Origin: Dicyema japonicum
Lineage: Eukaryota > Animalia > Dicyemida
Direction of reading: 5' to 3'
Assembly (NCBI GenBank): GCA_011109175.1
Contig: RDEW01000016.1
Coordinates: forward strand, 484,811 to 548,810
Length of the DNA stretch: 64,000 nt
The notes under the pieces are model-generated. The model saw nothing but the letters and a program-made list of their open reading frames with translations. It was not told where the DNA came from and did not search any database. How positions within the stretch are numbered: the stretch's first letter is position 1; the number at the start of each line of letters is the position of its first letter. A program made the translations under genes and the position numbers. Shown here in pieces: positions 23,620-37,748 of this stretch.

Positions 23620-23960
23620 AAGACAGATTCTCAGTCAGGTTCAATAATATTTTTGTCCACCATAAAGTAAGAACTGAAATTTTACTTAATGAAATTGGAA
23701 TTACTTCTCAAGGGTTATTGAAGCACACTGAAGTAGAAATGTTTCAGAACTACGATTTATTGTTTGGAGAGCTCAACTTGCTTTATGGTGCTCCAGTCTA
23801 AGTCATACCTATTGTTTTAACCTGAGACGGTCTCGTTTCGAAGGATCTCACTTGGGAGCCATCGTAATCGATGCGCCAACAGAACATGCATCCAATCCGT
23901 TGTCCTCAAAAAAACGTTGAGAGCATGTTGGAGGAGTGTAAGTACGATCGAGGAAGAGCT
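23620..23960 (+). mobile_element. RLE-type (R2/R4/NeSL-like) non-LTR C-terminal relic
   Basis: EIGITSQGLLKHTEVEMFQNYDLLFGEL...VIPIVLT*DGLV. A paralogous relic lies at ~25510-25830. Confidence 0.6.
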
Positions 23961-24829
23961 GGTTACAGCAACCAATCACCTGGTGGAGTTGGCAGTCCAG
24001 TTCAATGACGTTCCAGGTAACCTGACTGAGGTGGAAGCGGATGGGATCCAGGTCAACGACTTCTCTTCTAAGGGGAGAAAGGTTTAGAAGCGATTAGTAA
24101 TTTTGATTTAATTGTGTCTCCTTAAAAAATAAAACTCGTTTTTTAATAAAAATACATTTTTGGAAATTTTAAACATTTTAAAAAAATATGAATTTATGTT
24201 CGTTTCAGTAAAAATTTTCTAGTTAATAAAATACTTAAGCGTCACATCGAAGCACGGAATTTTCTCAGCAAGAAACAATTGGGATTTCTCCTCAAATATT
24301 GATCTGGTTGGAGGACAAATTTGATTGCCGGATGATTGAGTGTTCGGTGACAGTGTGACCTCATTTGGTTATAAAATCGAACGTAATAATCCTCATGATT
24401 GTCTGCGGCACTTTACAGCGCTACTTTGGTAAGTAAATTCAATTCAGGCCGAGTTCGAATAATGGGGGAAGCAACACGGAAGTGATCTAGAAAAAAAGTT
24501 ATAATATTCAAATAATCGAGAAACTACTACGCACGTTAATTACCCACTCTATGGTATACCACACAACTGACGGTCCCATCCTACTATACAACATAAGAAG
24601 TCGTCTTCTATGATCCTCGTATATTATTATTATTACAGCACTTATCGCCTTGCCATAATAGTTATAGCAAAGCATGTGCAATACAAGAAACAATGTTATT
24701 AGTTAGCCTCTTCATCCTCCACGGTTACACGCAGTCGATCTCAGCATGTCCAGATCGTCCCGTCTTTAGGCATTTCTTCATCCTTTGGAGGTCTTTGTGC
24801 AGCATGATAGGTATCCTCGTATAACATTA

Positions 24830-25143
24830 GAAGTAGTCTTACGATCATTTTTAAAGTTATCATATTTTTTAATAATTATTTTTATGTTTTATTTTTAATA
24901 TCTTCCCAGAGATAACCTTCGGAGAGATTTAAAGACACATGCAATTACTGTAGCACTAAAATAAACGTCACAGTACTTGACCTTTTTTCTTTTTTTAAAT
25001 TTATTATTTATTTTAAGTAATAAAAAATAAAAATTTATTAGGCCAATTAAATACAAAAAATAACATTTAGAATTACTGGCTGTTCTTATAACCGAGAACG
25101 TATTTCTCCTGACGATTTGGAAAGAAATACGCTCGTTACCCAG
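24830..25143 (+). repeat. ~310 bp dispersed direct repeat, copy 2
   Basis: Near-identical to 15137-15445. Confidence 0.9.
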
Positions 25144-25509
25144 CTCCTTTCTCTTCTATCATTTTTCATCTTCGCGATGAGCGATCTGATTATGTTCAAC
25201 AGGGTCTGTGATTTTTATTATTAATAAAAAATGAAAAAAGTAAACACAGCGAATGTGACTGACCTTATTTACCACCGTCGCGTAATCAGTTTTGTTCAAG
25301 AGTGAATTTATGCTATTTCGATTCCTCCATGATTTGTAGAGAAAGTCTACTGTTTTTAGATGCCTTCATTTAAATTTTTGTCGATAATATTAAATATTCA
25401 AAAAAACTAAAGACTCACTCTGTCCAGTCAATAGTAATAACTATAATGCGGAGACTCGAGTTGAACTATCGGCTGATGTTAGATACAGCATGACAAGCCG
25501 GACTACGAT

Positions 25510-25830
25510 AGAAGTTGGAATCACTTTTCATGAGATGTTGAAGGTAGATGAGGTAGAAAAACTCAACAAATACGACTTTTTTGCCTGAGTGCTGTTTCAA
25601 ATATACAGCGCCGAAATTAGGATTATTCCTATTATGGAAGGGAATTGTGAGTAAATTCATAAGATGTTTTGGGAATGGAGATACTCTTAAGGGTGATGTT
25701 GGTGAAGTTATTCATTACCTACAACAAAAGTCTTTTGGACAGCCGTGGACAAAGTCTCGTAATTCACCCACGTGGCTTTGGAATCCAGTAGCCACAAATA
25801 TAGGGAGGAAGCGATGAATGGGACTTTTCT
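25510..25830 (+). mobile_element. RLE-type non-LTR C-terminal relic
   Basis: TIEVGITFHEMLKVDEVEKLNKYDFFA*...IRIIPI. Confidence 0.6.
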
Positions 25831-26011
25831 ATCATGGGGGATGTACAATAATATCAAATATATTACCAGTGAGCTAACACGTGCAATATTCTCTGTGATA
25901 ATTAATATAATAAATAATATTCCAAAACCTCCGTAAAAAATATTTATAGTCAAAATCATAGCAAAAAGGGAGAATAAAATCCTAATGTAATGATTAGATA
26001 ATATTCATTAT

Positions 26012-27508
26012 ATGGTAACCATAAGAGTGATTACTGAAATCACAGAATATTCCTTTACAGTCGAAGAATCTGTATAAACTTTACTAATGTAGACTACCGT
26101 CGAGGAATTCAAAGCGGCAATATCATCTACTGTGGTATTGGTCATGTCCTCATGCATAGGGCATTTGCCCAGAGAACCAACTGCTATTTCACCGTGGACG
26201 ATCTGTTCGGAACTCTGAGGTCCTAAGCTCCCTTGGTATAAATTATTGAATCTTCTAGAATTTAGATTTATGGGAAGACGGAATCTACTTGTACAGACGG
26301 ATTACTAACATAGCGACTGTCCCCCAATCGGCTAGTGGAAGCGTTAGCATTTTTATCTTCCGCTAGTCTCACTTTCTTAATTCCCATTCTGACCCAATAT
26401 TCTTCCAAATATGCAAACGTGTGACATTGTACCAACACTTCATCAAATATGCTGGACGGATATTAAGCTCTTTGGAGGTTTGGTGGGTAATTAAGACTTA
26501 GAACGATAACAACGACGACGACTTCACCATTTATGACTATGTTGATGAGGAAGTCAGACTACATTTATCGAATCTAAAATATCCCTTTGTAGAGAGTTCT
26601 GGTATTAGGTTTTTCCTCGTTTTTATTTCGAGGCCTGGCCAAACCTCATTCATAAATGAGTTATACACCACGTTTTCGACCTACAGCGGCGATTTAACAC
26701 AATAAACGAAACTTTCTACAAAAGTTTGGATGGCGAAAACAACGTAATCTTGATTTTATGAATATCCCTTAATTTAGAGACCGGATGCTGAGACATTGAA
26801 AAAATTCGAGTCACGCAGAGTTCGATTCACCCATTACATTTCTCACGTTCTTCACGGACTAACCGAGCTGGTTGGGATCATGACTAAAGAGGGGGAAGCC
26901 GAATACCAGTTTTCTCTCCATCAGGACCCCTCACTTAACTTAAATGTCTTCTTTAAGATTATTCGTAGACCAGAAGAAGAAATACACTAATTTCCGCTGA
27001 CCAATATTTTAATATGATTACCTACAATCCCATATTTGTTCCTGAAAATGCTGTTATTCTTCATAATCGTCCTGGACTGAACTTGTTGACGAAACAACAC
27101 CTAGCGAGTTCACAGAATTCCGACAAAAAATATGTATTTTATAACCAAATTGGGCATCGTCTTCCTCGACCAGTTGAGGATGACAACCCCCAAAGTACAT
27201 TCGGAATGGATGTGGATGATTCCGTTACAGCGATAGACAAGTTTTTGAGCTGCAGTTCAAGCCATTTCCACGAACCAATAAAAGTTTTTTGAATTTAAAT
27301 TTTATAGAATTATTCATCTCACGTTAATGTCCGCAGGTCTAGTAGGACTGAGATCCTTCCATCAGACTTGCCGATGAGATTTTTCTACCGGTCTCGTCAA
27401 TCGCCGATTTGGATTGAAACCAACAACGATTCGTTGATTCCGCAAGGGGTTTGCGGTTATCTGAAGATAGGAATATTCAGAGACTGCTTATACCATTCCC
27501 ACATTTAA
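26012..27508 (+). pseudogene. Second UBL/BAG6-like paralog with one apparent 1-nt deletion (~26672-26677); could be an assembly error
   Basis: Same tiny-intron positions as 8036-9496. MVTIRVITEITEYSFTVEESTTVEEFKAAISSTVGICPENQLLFHRGRS. The frame is open apart from ACGTTTTCGAC versus ACGTGTTTTGAC in copy 1. Confidence 0.7.
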
Positions 27509-29459
27509 TCGGGAAAATCCACAAGAACAGATTTCGCATTTTTTTAGAATTATCTAGTGTCATTAGGTCGCCTGATGCGATGGCGAGGATATTTGTTTTT
27601 TTCATATATTAAATTTATAGCGTGGTATAAGATCTGGGAATACGGAGTTTAGCTCAGATACGGAGACTGATAGTAACTCCACTGAAATCGGGCTACAGCA
27701 AGTGCTAAGCATTTTACCACTTTTAGGGGATTGAAGAGGATGAACACGAAGATCATGAATCTGACACAAACTCTCACTATTAACGGAATGACATTTTGTT
27801 GTGTTAAATCTATTTTTTGAAATCAGAAATGTGTTATCTGTCTTAGCAATCATCAAGTATGAATATAACGGAATAACCATTAAATATAATTCCTTCCGTA
27901 GTGGAATTCTGCTGCATGGCAACACAATCGTCCTTCGGTTATGCTTTGACATCTGCTTGGAACACCGATGCAAATGTGGTGGGATAGTTGACAGGAAGAC
28001 GTAGTCTATAGATCTTATATTTTTAATGTTGATAGTCGTGGAATATTTGTAGAAAATTGAGAATTGATTTTAGAACTTGTTTTAAATTCCTGAAATATTG
28101 TGGGAGTAAATTTTAGATAAACAAATAATTGCAACTGTTGGAATTGCCTTAGTCGAGGGTAATGGTACCTGTCTTTTAAATTAAATGGCAGTCCTCACTG
28201 AATCGCATGGAATTACGTTTTGTTTAATAAATTGACTTAAGGAAATTAAATAATCTATTTTCCTTAACATTAATTTTTTATAACAAAAATAAATAACTTT
28301 GCGTTATTCCTTCCATAGTAGAACATTGACTACAGTCATAAAACAAACACATCGGCCCAATCAACACAATAACCAATAAATGATATCAATACCTACAAAT
28401 TACACATATAAACGCACGTGGTCTTTCATTTCACAGTCAACAGTCCCACTCCCGTCGTTCAACCTCACACCCAGTGACCATCCAATTCCTCCATTACTGA
28501 ACGGAAAATTGGAAAGGACGTACTCCTCAAAGCAAACTTGTAAACTCAAGTACTCCGTAAAATCAAAGTGGTACTTCAGTGTCCTCAAAAGTTATCCCTT
28601 CAATCCACATCATAATCCGCAGTTTTGGAGGAATCTGAAGATTTCTAAGGTAACTTAGTGGAATACTAAAAGTTATTCACTTCACGAAAATTGTCGAAAT
28701 CGTTAGCATATTCCTCCTCTGCTCCACAATCCCTGAGAATGAGGATCAAGGCAACAGTAAATGTTTCAAAAATTAAGCATATTTGTAAGAAGTGGACTCC
28801 AGTATTTGAATATTTGGCTCTCAGCAGAAAAAAGCCATTTCTGCAAAGAATTGATCCGGAAACGACCACCAGAGTAAACTAAGCCAAAACCTTTGTGCCA
28901 GGACTAAGATCGGTCTTCAATTTAGGAATAAAGTCACATTCAGTAGCCTTGAGTTCTACTGTTCCATCAGTCAAACATAGTTAAATTATTTTGTGAGTCT
29001 CCTTTAAAAGCTACAAACCCCTTTTTGGAAAATTTCCCGATTCATCATTGGTTTCTTCTATTTGGAGTACTGAATGCAAAAGAAACGACTCACATCTGCC
29101 AGGGATTTTATCTGCATTTAGTCAAATTGTTAACCTGGAAATCAAAAGATCCTTTGATGAGGTCTTTTTGTGGTTATTACAGAGAAGAGAACGTTCTTGG
29201 AGTTTTTAATATCAGAGACAAGCCGAAGTATATCAACATTAAAATTGTGTTGTAATCAAATTAAGTAGTCTACATGAATTTTAAGTAAAATTTGATCGGA
29301 AGTAGTGAGCCACTCAGCACAATTTGAAATCCAACTAAAAATAATTGATATTGAAAAGTTCCATTATTTTATCAACATCGAATGAAACCGCAATTCCCGC
29401 CATTATTTGAATATTTATTTAATTTTATTTGAAAATAAATTTTTTATTTCATAAATAAA

Positions 29460-29830
29460 ACTCTAACAATTCCACCCTACATCGGAAGTCGTAAATGATA
29501 TTCTTCTCACTTATGCGGACGACATCGTCATAGCTTCACGTGATCGGACATCCAGACTGTTACTTCAAAATTGCAACAAACCTGGACCACCTTACCGAAT
29601 GGCTGCTGAAGAACCGCCTATCGACTTGCACTGAGAAGTCTGTCACAACTCTCTTCACATCAGACAAGAGTCTGGGAAGATGGACGGTTCATTTAAAAAC
29701 AAACAATAGTGTTTTCCAGTTTAGAAAATCTTAAAAGATCCTTAAGGTACACATGGCAATCTCCCCCTATGTTCGAAATTGTTGTAACAAATGTGAAAAG
29801 AAGACTAAGGTATAGAAATGTCTCGACCTC
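29460..29830 (+). mobile_element. I/Jockey-like RT fragment
   Basis: LTYADDIVIASR, WLLKNRLSTCTEKSVTTLFTSDK; similar to ~18520-18830. Confidence 0.65.
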
Positions 29831-30299
29831 TCTCAACAGTCTTTGCATCTTTATCTGGTGTTCATACTGTGCATCGGCATGTCTAAGGAGGGGTTCACGC
29901 GCACGAATCCTCCTCCAGAAAATTGCCCCACTCGCATTAATCATAGTATCAAAGCTTCTGGGGTGGTTTCTATGAAAGAAGACTTCTTCGAAGTTTCGTC
30001 ACCTTTGAGAGAACGTTATAGATCTCGGTCAAGTTCGTTACGACAATGTTTGTCCCCCAAGCAGCAAATGCGAGAAAAAGTTTTCCCATCTAACTTGACG
30101 TCAGTTTATAGGTACCCTTGTCTTCTCTATGATGTGGAAAAAGTCATACTTACTTTTCTGGACTGTCCTGTAATCTTCCCCTTGATAATGCTGACATCCA
30201 ACGACTATATAGTCGGCGTAGGACAGTAATGTGTCGTTGTCATCTTGTGGAATTGGTAGGTCATTCGTAGTAGATTGAATAAGAGGGGAGATTATGGGG

Positions 30300-31020
30300 A
30301 ACCTTTAGTAACGATTTGGTAATAGTCTTAATGCAGAACATCGATTGCCCTGACGTACTCAGGATATTCCCCAACTATAACTCAGGTTTGCGCCAATGTT
30401 CGAAGAATAAATTTTATGATTTTCCTTGGAAGAAACTCCAAATACTTTAGATTCCCCCTCGTGTCTGGTTGTTGTTTCCCATACAATGAAGGGTGTTTGG
30501 CGTTAAAGTCCTCGAATACTAACAAGTTTTCAAATTTTCGAGGTCAGACAAATCCACGAAAATCCTTTGGCACAAGATCTTTGAAGGGGAACATAGATTT
30601 TGCATGTCATCTGAACCGCGAGACGACGAGTTATTTATTTTCCTGATTACCGAGTGTACCATTGACGGGTTAAAGAAAGTCATGTTGGGACATTTATTCC
30701 TTCGACCATTGCCAGAACGAACATTCAGGATTTGGACATGGCTCTCGATGTCCAATTAAATGCGGAGAGCACTTCTTGAGCCTTCTTATCGATTTCCATA
30801 ATACAGTGGAGGAAGATTGTTACGTCCACTGATTGTCTTTCGAATTTATCAAATTATTTCTCGTTTGGATTAGAGCTCGCGTTTCAGCATCAATTGGGTG
30901 TGATGGACGTTGAGGACAACAACCCATCGGAATTTATCCTTTGCGAGCTCGGAGTATAATCTCGTTGAGGTATTTGACAGCAACATCGACATTCAGAAGT
31001 TCTTTATCTGGAAGGCCGCC
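30300..31020 (-). mobile_element. Rearranged LINE APE and post-APE fragments
   Basis: LLVFEDFNAKHP (APE GDFNA motif), and VAVKYLNEIILRARK...RALIQTRNNL similar to 53168-53611. Confidence 0.5.
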
Positions 31021-31064
31021 ACTTTTTTGCAATAAAATCAATATAATAATATTAACAGCCTTTT

Positions 31065-31150
31065 TACGAGAGCCATAATATTTATTGCTCCGCATAGGCA
31101 GGACACATTTATTTAAGTAAAGAACAGTTAATTTTAACTAATCGTAGAAC
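31065..31150 (-). repeat. Isolated 3' tail of the tRNA-SINE family
   Basis: GAGCCATAATATTTATTGCTCCGCATAGGCAGGACACATTTATTTAAGTAAAGAACAGTTAATTTTAACTAATCGTAGA matches ~49438-49520. Confidence 0.6.
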
Positions 31151-32289
31151 CAAATCAATATATGATAATTTTTAGTTACAAATTAAATATTAAATTTTTA
31201 TTTTCTTACGAATAATTTTATTTTCTATATAATAATTTTTTGAATTTATTATCTACAAATGTATGCCATTCGTTAAGTGTAATTTTTCGTCACTTCATAC
31301 TGGGTTTACGAGGAGTATAGGAGCAACATTTAAATGGGAATTCTTTCTCCTTCAATCAAGTGGAAAAAATGTTTTATTGCTAAAGTAAAGTTGTTGTGAC
31401 CTGCAGCCATTAAGCACTAAATGGGAGTAACCTCTCGTAATCACGAGCCCAATGTTCTGGAAAAGCCATCGCGTCATTCCAGGTTCGTCTTTTTTCTTCT
31501 CCGCAAGGCGTCTGAGAGATAAAAATTGTCTTGTCAAAAAGTAAATGGTAAGACAAATTTACTATTTCATTAAATAAATCAATTTCGTTTCCGTTGATGA
31601 ACATACCTAGGAATAGATCTTTTCAGGAGATCAACAAGGACAACAATTTGCGACTACAATTCACATCACAGTATACTGAGTAAGTCTTTTGGGGAGGACA
31701 AATCCGCAGAGTATTTTCACTCCCATATATAACACTTCCATCAACCAGACTCCCATCTACTTTGCATCCACATCCAACATGACAGCTATTCCCCACAATT
31801 ACTAAATCACCCACGTGGGCTAACATTAACTACTAAAATACCCATAATATCGATCATATTACAACTCCCAATAGAGGAGTACACCTCTATATTATGGAAT
31901 ACGACAACCTGCACCAGTCTTTAAGTGATTATAGTTCCCGATAGTGAGGACCGAGTTCTTAGAGCCTCTAAAATTCCAAATAACAAAACCTATTACAAAT
32001 AATCACATTTTCCTCGATTATGTTGTAGTTACCGATGACGACTGGGCCGCTCACAGCTATTATTTTACTGAGAGGGTGGATTATTACATTTGAGCCTGCT
32101 TTATGACTTAGTAATACCAATAGTTATGTTTCCAACCAATTCTGCCTCAGCAGCTATGAATGAAGTTGAATTTGACTTGGTACTAGATTATGTTTTAATT
32201 GTATCACCTCATTCTAGTGTACGCAATAATATTTAAATTTAGTTTTTATTTTATTAATAATTATTATCATTGACTATCGGAAATTTTTT

Positions 32290-33315
32290 GATTCCGTTAT
32301 ACATGACAAGCTGTGGTCCGCTTTAAAAGAATTTGGATTCGATGCCCATCTAATATCGCTTATCAAATCTCTTTATAAGGATCAAGGAGCTATTTTAGAA
32401 CAGTGTAGGGAGATACCGATTGGTTCAAAATTGGTAAAGGAATAAGATAAGGATGCTTATTATCTCCCATCTATTCAATATTTATGCCGAAATGATCATG
32501 ACTAAATTAAATACTGTATCAAATAGCGGGATTAAATTTGAAGGCAGGAACATCAATAATTTACTACCTTACTGGATTAAACAGAGGATGTCCTCAGGGA
32601 GTTGATTCTAAGATTCAGAGAAGAGAGCGCCGTATTTGGTTTATTGTTAAATGTCAAGAAGACGACTGCTAATAATGGAATAATGGAACTAAAAATTGGG
32701 AATGAGAAAATAGAGAGTTGTGATAATATTGTCATTTTGGGTTGTCTAATTAATCGGAATGGTGACGAAGGTTTTGAAATCAAAAGGCGAATTGCCATGG
32801 GACGAGACTTCCAGAGAATGAATAGAATTTGGGAAAGCAGATAGCTTAAGGACCAAATACAGACTGGTTAATGCAATCGTGTTCCGGTTTTTTTATACGG
32901 CGCAGAATCATGGATACTGAAATAGGCGGATAGACGAAAAATTGATGCTTTTGAACTTTGGTGCTGGAGGAGTTTACTAAGAATCTCTTGGACTTCCAAA
33001 ATAACAAACACCGATGTACTCAAACGGGTGGAGACGGATATTTCGCTTGAAGGAAAAATTGTAAAAAACAGATTGGCATTCTTTGGGCATGTTTCCGCTC
33101 TGATTCACTGGAAAGAAGCATTGTGCTGAGCAATATTACTGGAAGAGAAGACCTGGTCGACCGAAGACTCGGTGGCTATCCATGGTAGAAGACGTCACGG
33201 GAAACCTATACATCAAGGCTACTCCGAATTGCGACGGATCGGAGAAAGTGGAGAAAATTGGCTCATGAGATCTCCAAGGGTCAAACACGACTGAATTTGG
33301 ATAACATAACATTAT
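32290..33315 (+). mobile_element. RTE (BovB-like) RT 3' half with terminal CACGACTGA and ATAAC microsatellite
   Basis: HDKLWSALKEFG, KRRIAMGR, YGAESWILK*ADRRKIDAFELWCWRSLLRISWT, GSNTT then (ATAAC)n. Confidence 0.85.
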
Positions 33316-34059
33316 CATTTAATCCAATATCAATTCAAAAGTTTTAAGATAAGTTGACATTCATTGCACAAAATTTCTACTTTGCTTCATAATTTATGAA
33401 AATAACCGAACCGGACTTACGCCTCTTGAGGCCCTTATGAGACTAGACTCCAGATCACGGGAATGTGGTCCTGAAAATTCAGGCAGTCCTGTACGTTTAT
33501 GCGCGGGTACGAAGGAAGAACACATGCAAAGATGAGGTCTCTGTTAAAATGCATCGGGATCACGTGATAACTAGCTTGTTTTACCGTGGTCTTGGGTTAA
33601 ATAAATAAAAAGATAAGTAAAAGTCTAAGAAATCGAGATCACCTGACGGCCACGAATCCCCTTTTTAATTTATCTATGATTCTTAGTTATAATAAATAAG
33701 TAAAAATCGCGAGGACTGACACAATAGACCGAAGAAACTTAATTAGAAATAATAGGGATTTAATATCCCCCCTATATCACATCGAATTGTAGGATAAATG
33801 AAAGTAAATGATTCTTTAAATGCCAGGTACAAAGGGTGGTAGGCGCGGCAGAGATGTGCGAATTACGGGCCTATACTCTCGTGAATTCCTAGGTTGTGCC
33901 ACAAAAAGACGTTTCTTGCCAAGTTTGCTGATAGATTGATCTTTTTGGACAAGTATCTTGTTCTTATGCTCAAAAATTGTTTCCTGCTTACCAAAATGTT
34001 TTTCAACTTCCAAAGTTCCTCTTACTACGATGAAGAGACTCTCCTTGATGATTAAATTA

Positions 34060-34770
34060 AGTAAACCCTTGAAGCAATTACATATTTACATTATGATGAC
34101 TATGGACGGCTTCAGGCGACTTTGCCTGTTTGTTTTGGTGGATTTAGGATTACCGTACCTTTGGATGCCGCATTAAGCCACATTTGTTCTCTAATAGTTC
34201 CTAATCAGAAAGCGTATTCGAGACTTGAAAAAAGGGAGAATCTTGAGAGCACTGAGAATGCGAGAAGACATAGCCGTTTGATCTATCCACATAGCTAACA
34301 TCCACTGTTGTGCAGGTTGAGCGCAGGCCTTTTCCGTAGGCATGCCTGCCTCAACAGACGTTGAAAAACGCACTTTCCTCTGCTGGCCACCACTGCATTT
34401 TGGAGCCAATTGGTCTCATCTGAGAAGATGGAAAATGTCCAGACAGGATCAAAACATTCCCTTTTGCTAATGTTTGGAACCTGGTTAGGATGCACGGGTT
34501 TTGATAAATACTCTCAAAAAAATTTGGTTACCTCAGTCTCGGACCCATGTCATGTTCTAAGCAAACCGAAAATCAGAAGAGAATAAAGTACCAAAGCATT
34601 TCGGAGGATCACTTGATGTCTCATTTGAGATGAATCTTTGTTCCACAAGCTGACTGGCTCAATGATCTAAATGGTAACCAAGGATCCACGTGAGGCTGTA
34701 TGGATTCGATAATGTATCTCGTGAGCTATCGTCAGAAGTAACAGCACGGTCATTCAAGCTCCCTAAATTA
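34060..34770 (+). mobile_element. CRE-like RT-RLE fragments
   Basis: DDYGRLQATLPVCFGGF (compare DDDTWMQATLPVRFGGLG in 45178-45504); 3'-end motif at 34650-34760. Confidence 0.55.
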
Positions 34771-34959
34771 AGTGTTCTTTTGACATTTTTAATGAAGAAT
34801 AATAATTAGCGTGGAGTCACCGGATTCAACAATTCTGGAGGCGCTCAGAATGCTCTTAAAGCAGGGGTGGTCAACCGGTCGATCGAAGAGGATTTTTTGG
34901 TTAATCGCAAAGATCCTAGCCCATAGTGCTTGTTTCCACCTGGAAGGAAGATTAGTCGG

Positions 34960-35200
34960 AAGTTCCCATGTTGTTCTTCGATCCCGTTTATAAGTTTGGT
35001 CTCCTGAAGGCAGGCGATTGAAACCTTGTATTTTGAAAGATCCTCGACCAGTTCCTTCCGTTTCCAAACGCTAGAGAGTCCCCTGACGTTAAACGTGAGA
35101 AGGGAGAAGTCCGATGACTTGAAACTGTGTTTTCCAGACATTGAGATCAAGAGCCACGTCACCAGCTCAACCAAAAACAATACATGCCCCAATCTTGGAA
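34960..35200 (-). mobile_element. RTE APE N-terminal fragment
   Basis: LLTFNVRGLSSVWKRKELVEDLSKYKVSIACLQETKL...GGNKHYGLG. It abuts an hAT-type TIR CAGGGGTGGTCAACC at 34862. Confidence 0.8.
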
Positions 35201-36470
35201 AATAATTAATTATTTACCTGAGTTTTGGAGTCTTTACTTCTTTTGCCAGAGAGGAGCGCCACAGACATAAAATACTGATCCCATGATAAATAATTCTCAC
35301 GCTTTTGGCTTTTCATTTGTAGTTTAACAGTTTCAAATATTATTTATACTGACAATAATATTTAATAAATTGTAATATTGTTTCTCCGATTTAACATTTT
35401 TTTGCAAATTGAAAATCTCGGACCTAACAATGTGAGATCACCATTCCAGAATATGATTCTATCATTTTTTCATTCTAACATATTCCAGGCTTCAGAGAAC
35501 TCAGCACATCAGATCAAATTACTACTGTACCCTCATTCGAGGAATTAGTTCACTATGATGTTGACCAAAGTCAGAAACCACGGAACCCACTGAACTCTTT
35601 AGTTGATCTAGATAGGTATCGTTGAGAGGATACACCGTGCCACTCGAGTCAGCAATCAATTAGTTTATTGAATTTTAGAATTAACATTTTGATTACATTT
35701 ATTACTATCTACAACTACCTTCCGACATGTTATCAGCAATTTTTATTGTCCCAGGGGCTATGTGGTGGAGTAATTTCTGATTCATATTCAACAATCATTG
35801 ACATATTTGAGAGAACTGGAATTGCACATTGGTTAGTCATATCTGAATCAATAGAGTTTACATGACAAATCAACTTAATACAAGTATAAATTTATTAAAA
35901 TAAAGATTTGGTTATGGGAGTCTCATTTAGGACCTAATAGTCTCCCAAACCTGATCTGAATCCCCTATTATTAAAACGCACTCCCAAGAAAACATAAAAT
36001 TAGTTACTTTTCCTTTGTGCCTCATTTCTAAACAGTTCTGTACACTGAACGGTCGTTTTCGTCACTTTTAGAAAGCAGACAGAGATGTTGTATTTTGCTA
36101 GATCGTATGTCAGTTGGTGTTTCTTGTCCTTTGCAATTAAAAGTTCCCAGAGTAAACGGAAAAGTAGGTAAGGAATACAAATAAGACATAGAGACGTCAT
36201 CACCTCAACCATTAATTGCCTACAAAAAATAGTAAAGTTCCAACTAAAGGATGGAAGCGGTAATTTGATTTTAATCAAGTTCATCTGCCAGATTACTAGC
36301 ATATCTCATCGATTGATCGACAGTTCTACTAGAATACTTCTCTCGTCACTTGGGCAATTTTTGTCAATAAAGTAAAAAATTCACATGCCCTTAAAATTGT
36401 TTAAAACTTATAAAAATGTGATTTTTTAGGTCAATGTAGAAAACATTTTTATTGATTTTTGTTGATTCAT

Positions 36471-36958
36471 TTTTAGAGTTTTTGAATAACGTGTCATCAA
36501 CTGTTATGCATCAATCAATCAGAAGTCATTGAAAAGGTAGGACTGTTATTATAAAATATCCTGGTGAAGTTTTTTTAAACTTACATTTTATTAGTATTTT
36601 ACATTGTGCTACTGTAATATCTTGATTTTCTCATTTCCATCTACCTATCTAGGATCAGTGATGTCACTTGTGCTTAGAATATGATTTTCATGCATAAGTT
36701 GAACAGTAAAGTTTACAAAACCTTTTTTTGAAGGTATTGGATATCGACTTCTTCTATGCAAACGTGTCGAAAATCTTCCAAGGTAACTTGACCGAGCATT
36801 TGAGTTTTTTTACATAGTTAGAAAAATTGGTTTGATTTACGAAAAATCGATAATGTGAATACACATAAATTTCTTCCATAAACAGAAAATTTATGAACTA
36901 TTTTAAAAATTGTATTTCAGTAACGATTATGCGGAATTAAGAAGTATCTGAAATCTAG
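36471..36958 (+). pseudogene. Duplicated relic of an unknown spliced gene (paralog 43322-43788)
   Basis: Colinear similarity over ~470 bp with conserved AG/GT boundaries (TTTTAG|AGTTTTTG, GAAAAG|GT, CAAG|GTAACTTGACC); frames are broken. Confidence 0.35.
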
Positions 36959-37689
36959 TATTGTCATAGCGTTTGCAGTTGAGACACCTCAGCGGACCTC
37001 TTCTGTACTATTCGCATGTGATTGGCACGTGAGCAATGTTGAAACAAGTCGGACAAGCGATGTTGATTCCGCCTTTAATCCAACTGGAACCTTTACAAGA
37101 GGGAGTCTCCATCTGCCTTGTAGAAGCATAAGTTCGTGGTAGAGGGGGCTAATTCCTTGACAAATTAATGAAGGTCGTTATCATTTACCCATAAGGGCAG
37201 GTTGTTCAACTCAATTTCGGAAGATCTCGTCGGAGTTAACTAAGCAATAGATTCCAAGACCATAAGGTGAAGTAGGATCCACATGATCATAAAAGTTCTT
37301 TGTCCCTCCTTTCTGAATTCGAAGCGGAAGATCCCTGAGCCTTCGTGGCTCAATCTGATAAATCCTGTAAAAGTCGAACGAGTACAGCACGTTAGAAATT
37401 TTGATAGCCCCCATATTCGATGTCACAGAAATCTGAGTAAACACATTGCCAGAGTATACAAAGCTGGAGGATCATGAGGAATATACTACGTTTCAGTTCC
37501 TGTAGATGTGCAAACAGTCTGGATCTCGTCTTCAAACTTTTTCACAGATTTAGCTCCTGTAGCTCCTGAAAAGTAATAACTTTTACTGTCGCACTTTTTG
37601 ATTACATTTGAACTAACTTTTGAACCATTTTTTTCCGGCCATTGTCACAAAGACTTCACAACCACGTTTTTTTCAAAAATAGTTGTGTA

Positions 37690-37748
37690 CTTTTGATGCC
37701 GGCCAGGCATTGGGTCTCCTTAGTAAAGTGGATCCAATTACGCCATCA
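37690..37748 (-). repeat. HDV-like head, degenerate copy
   Basis: Minus strand: GGCGT-AATT-GGATCC-ACT-TTACTAA-GGA-GACCC-AA-TGCCtggccGGCA-TCAAAA. Confidence 0.55.
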
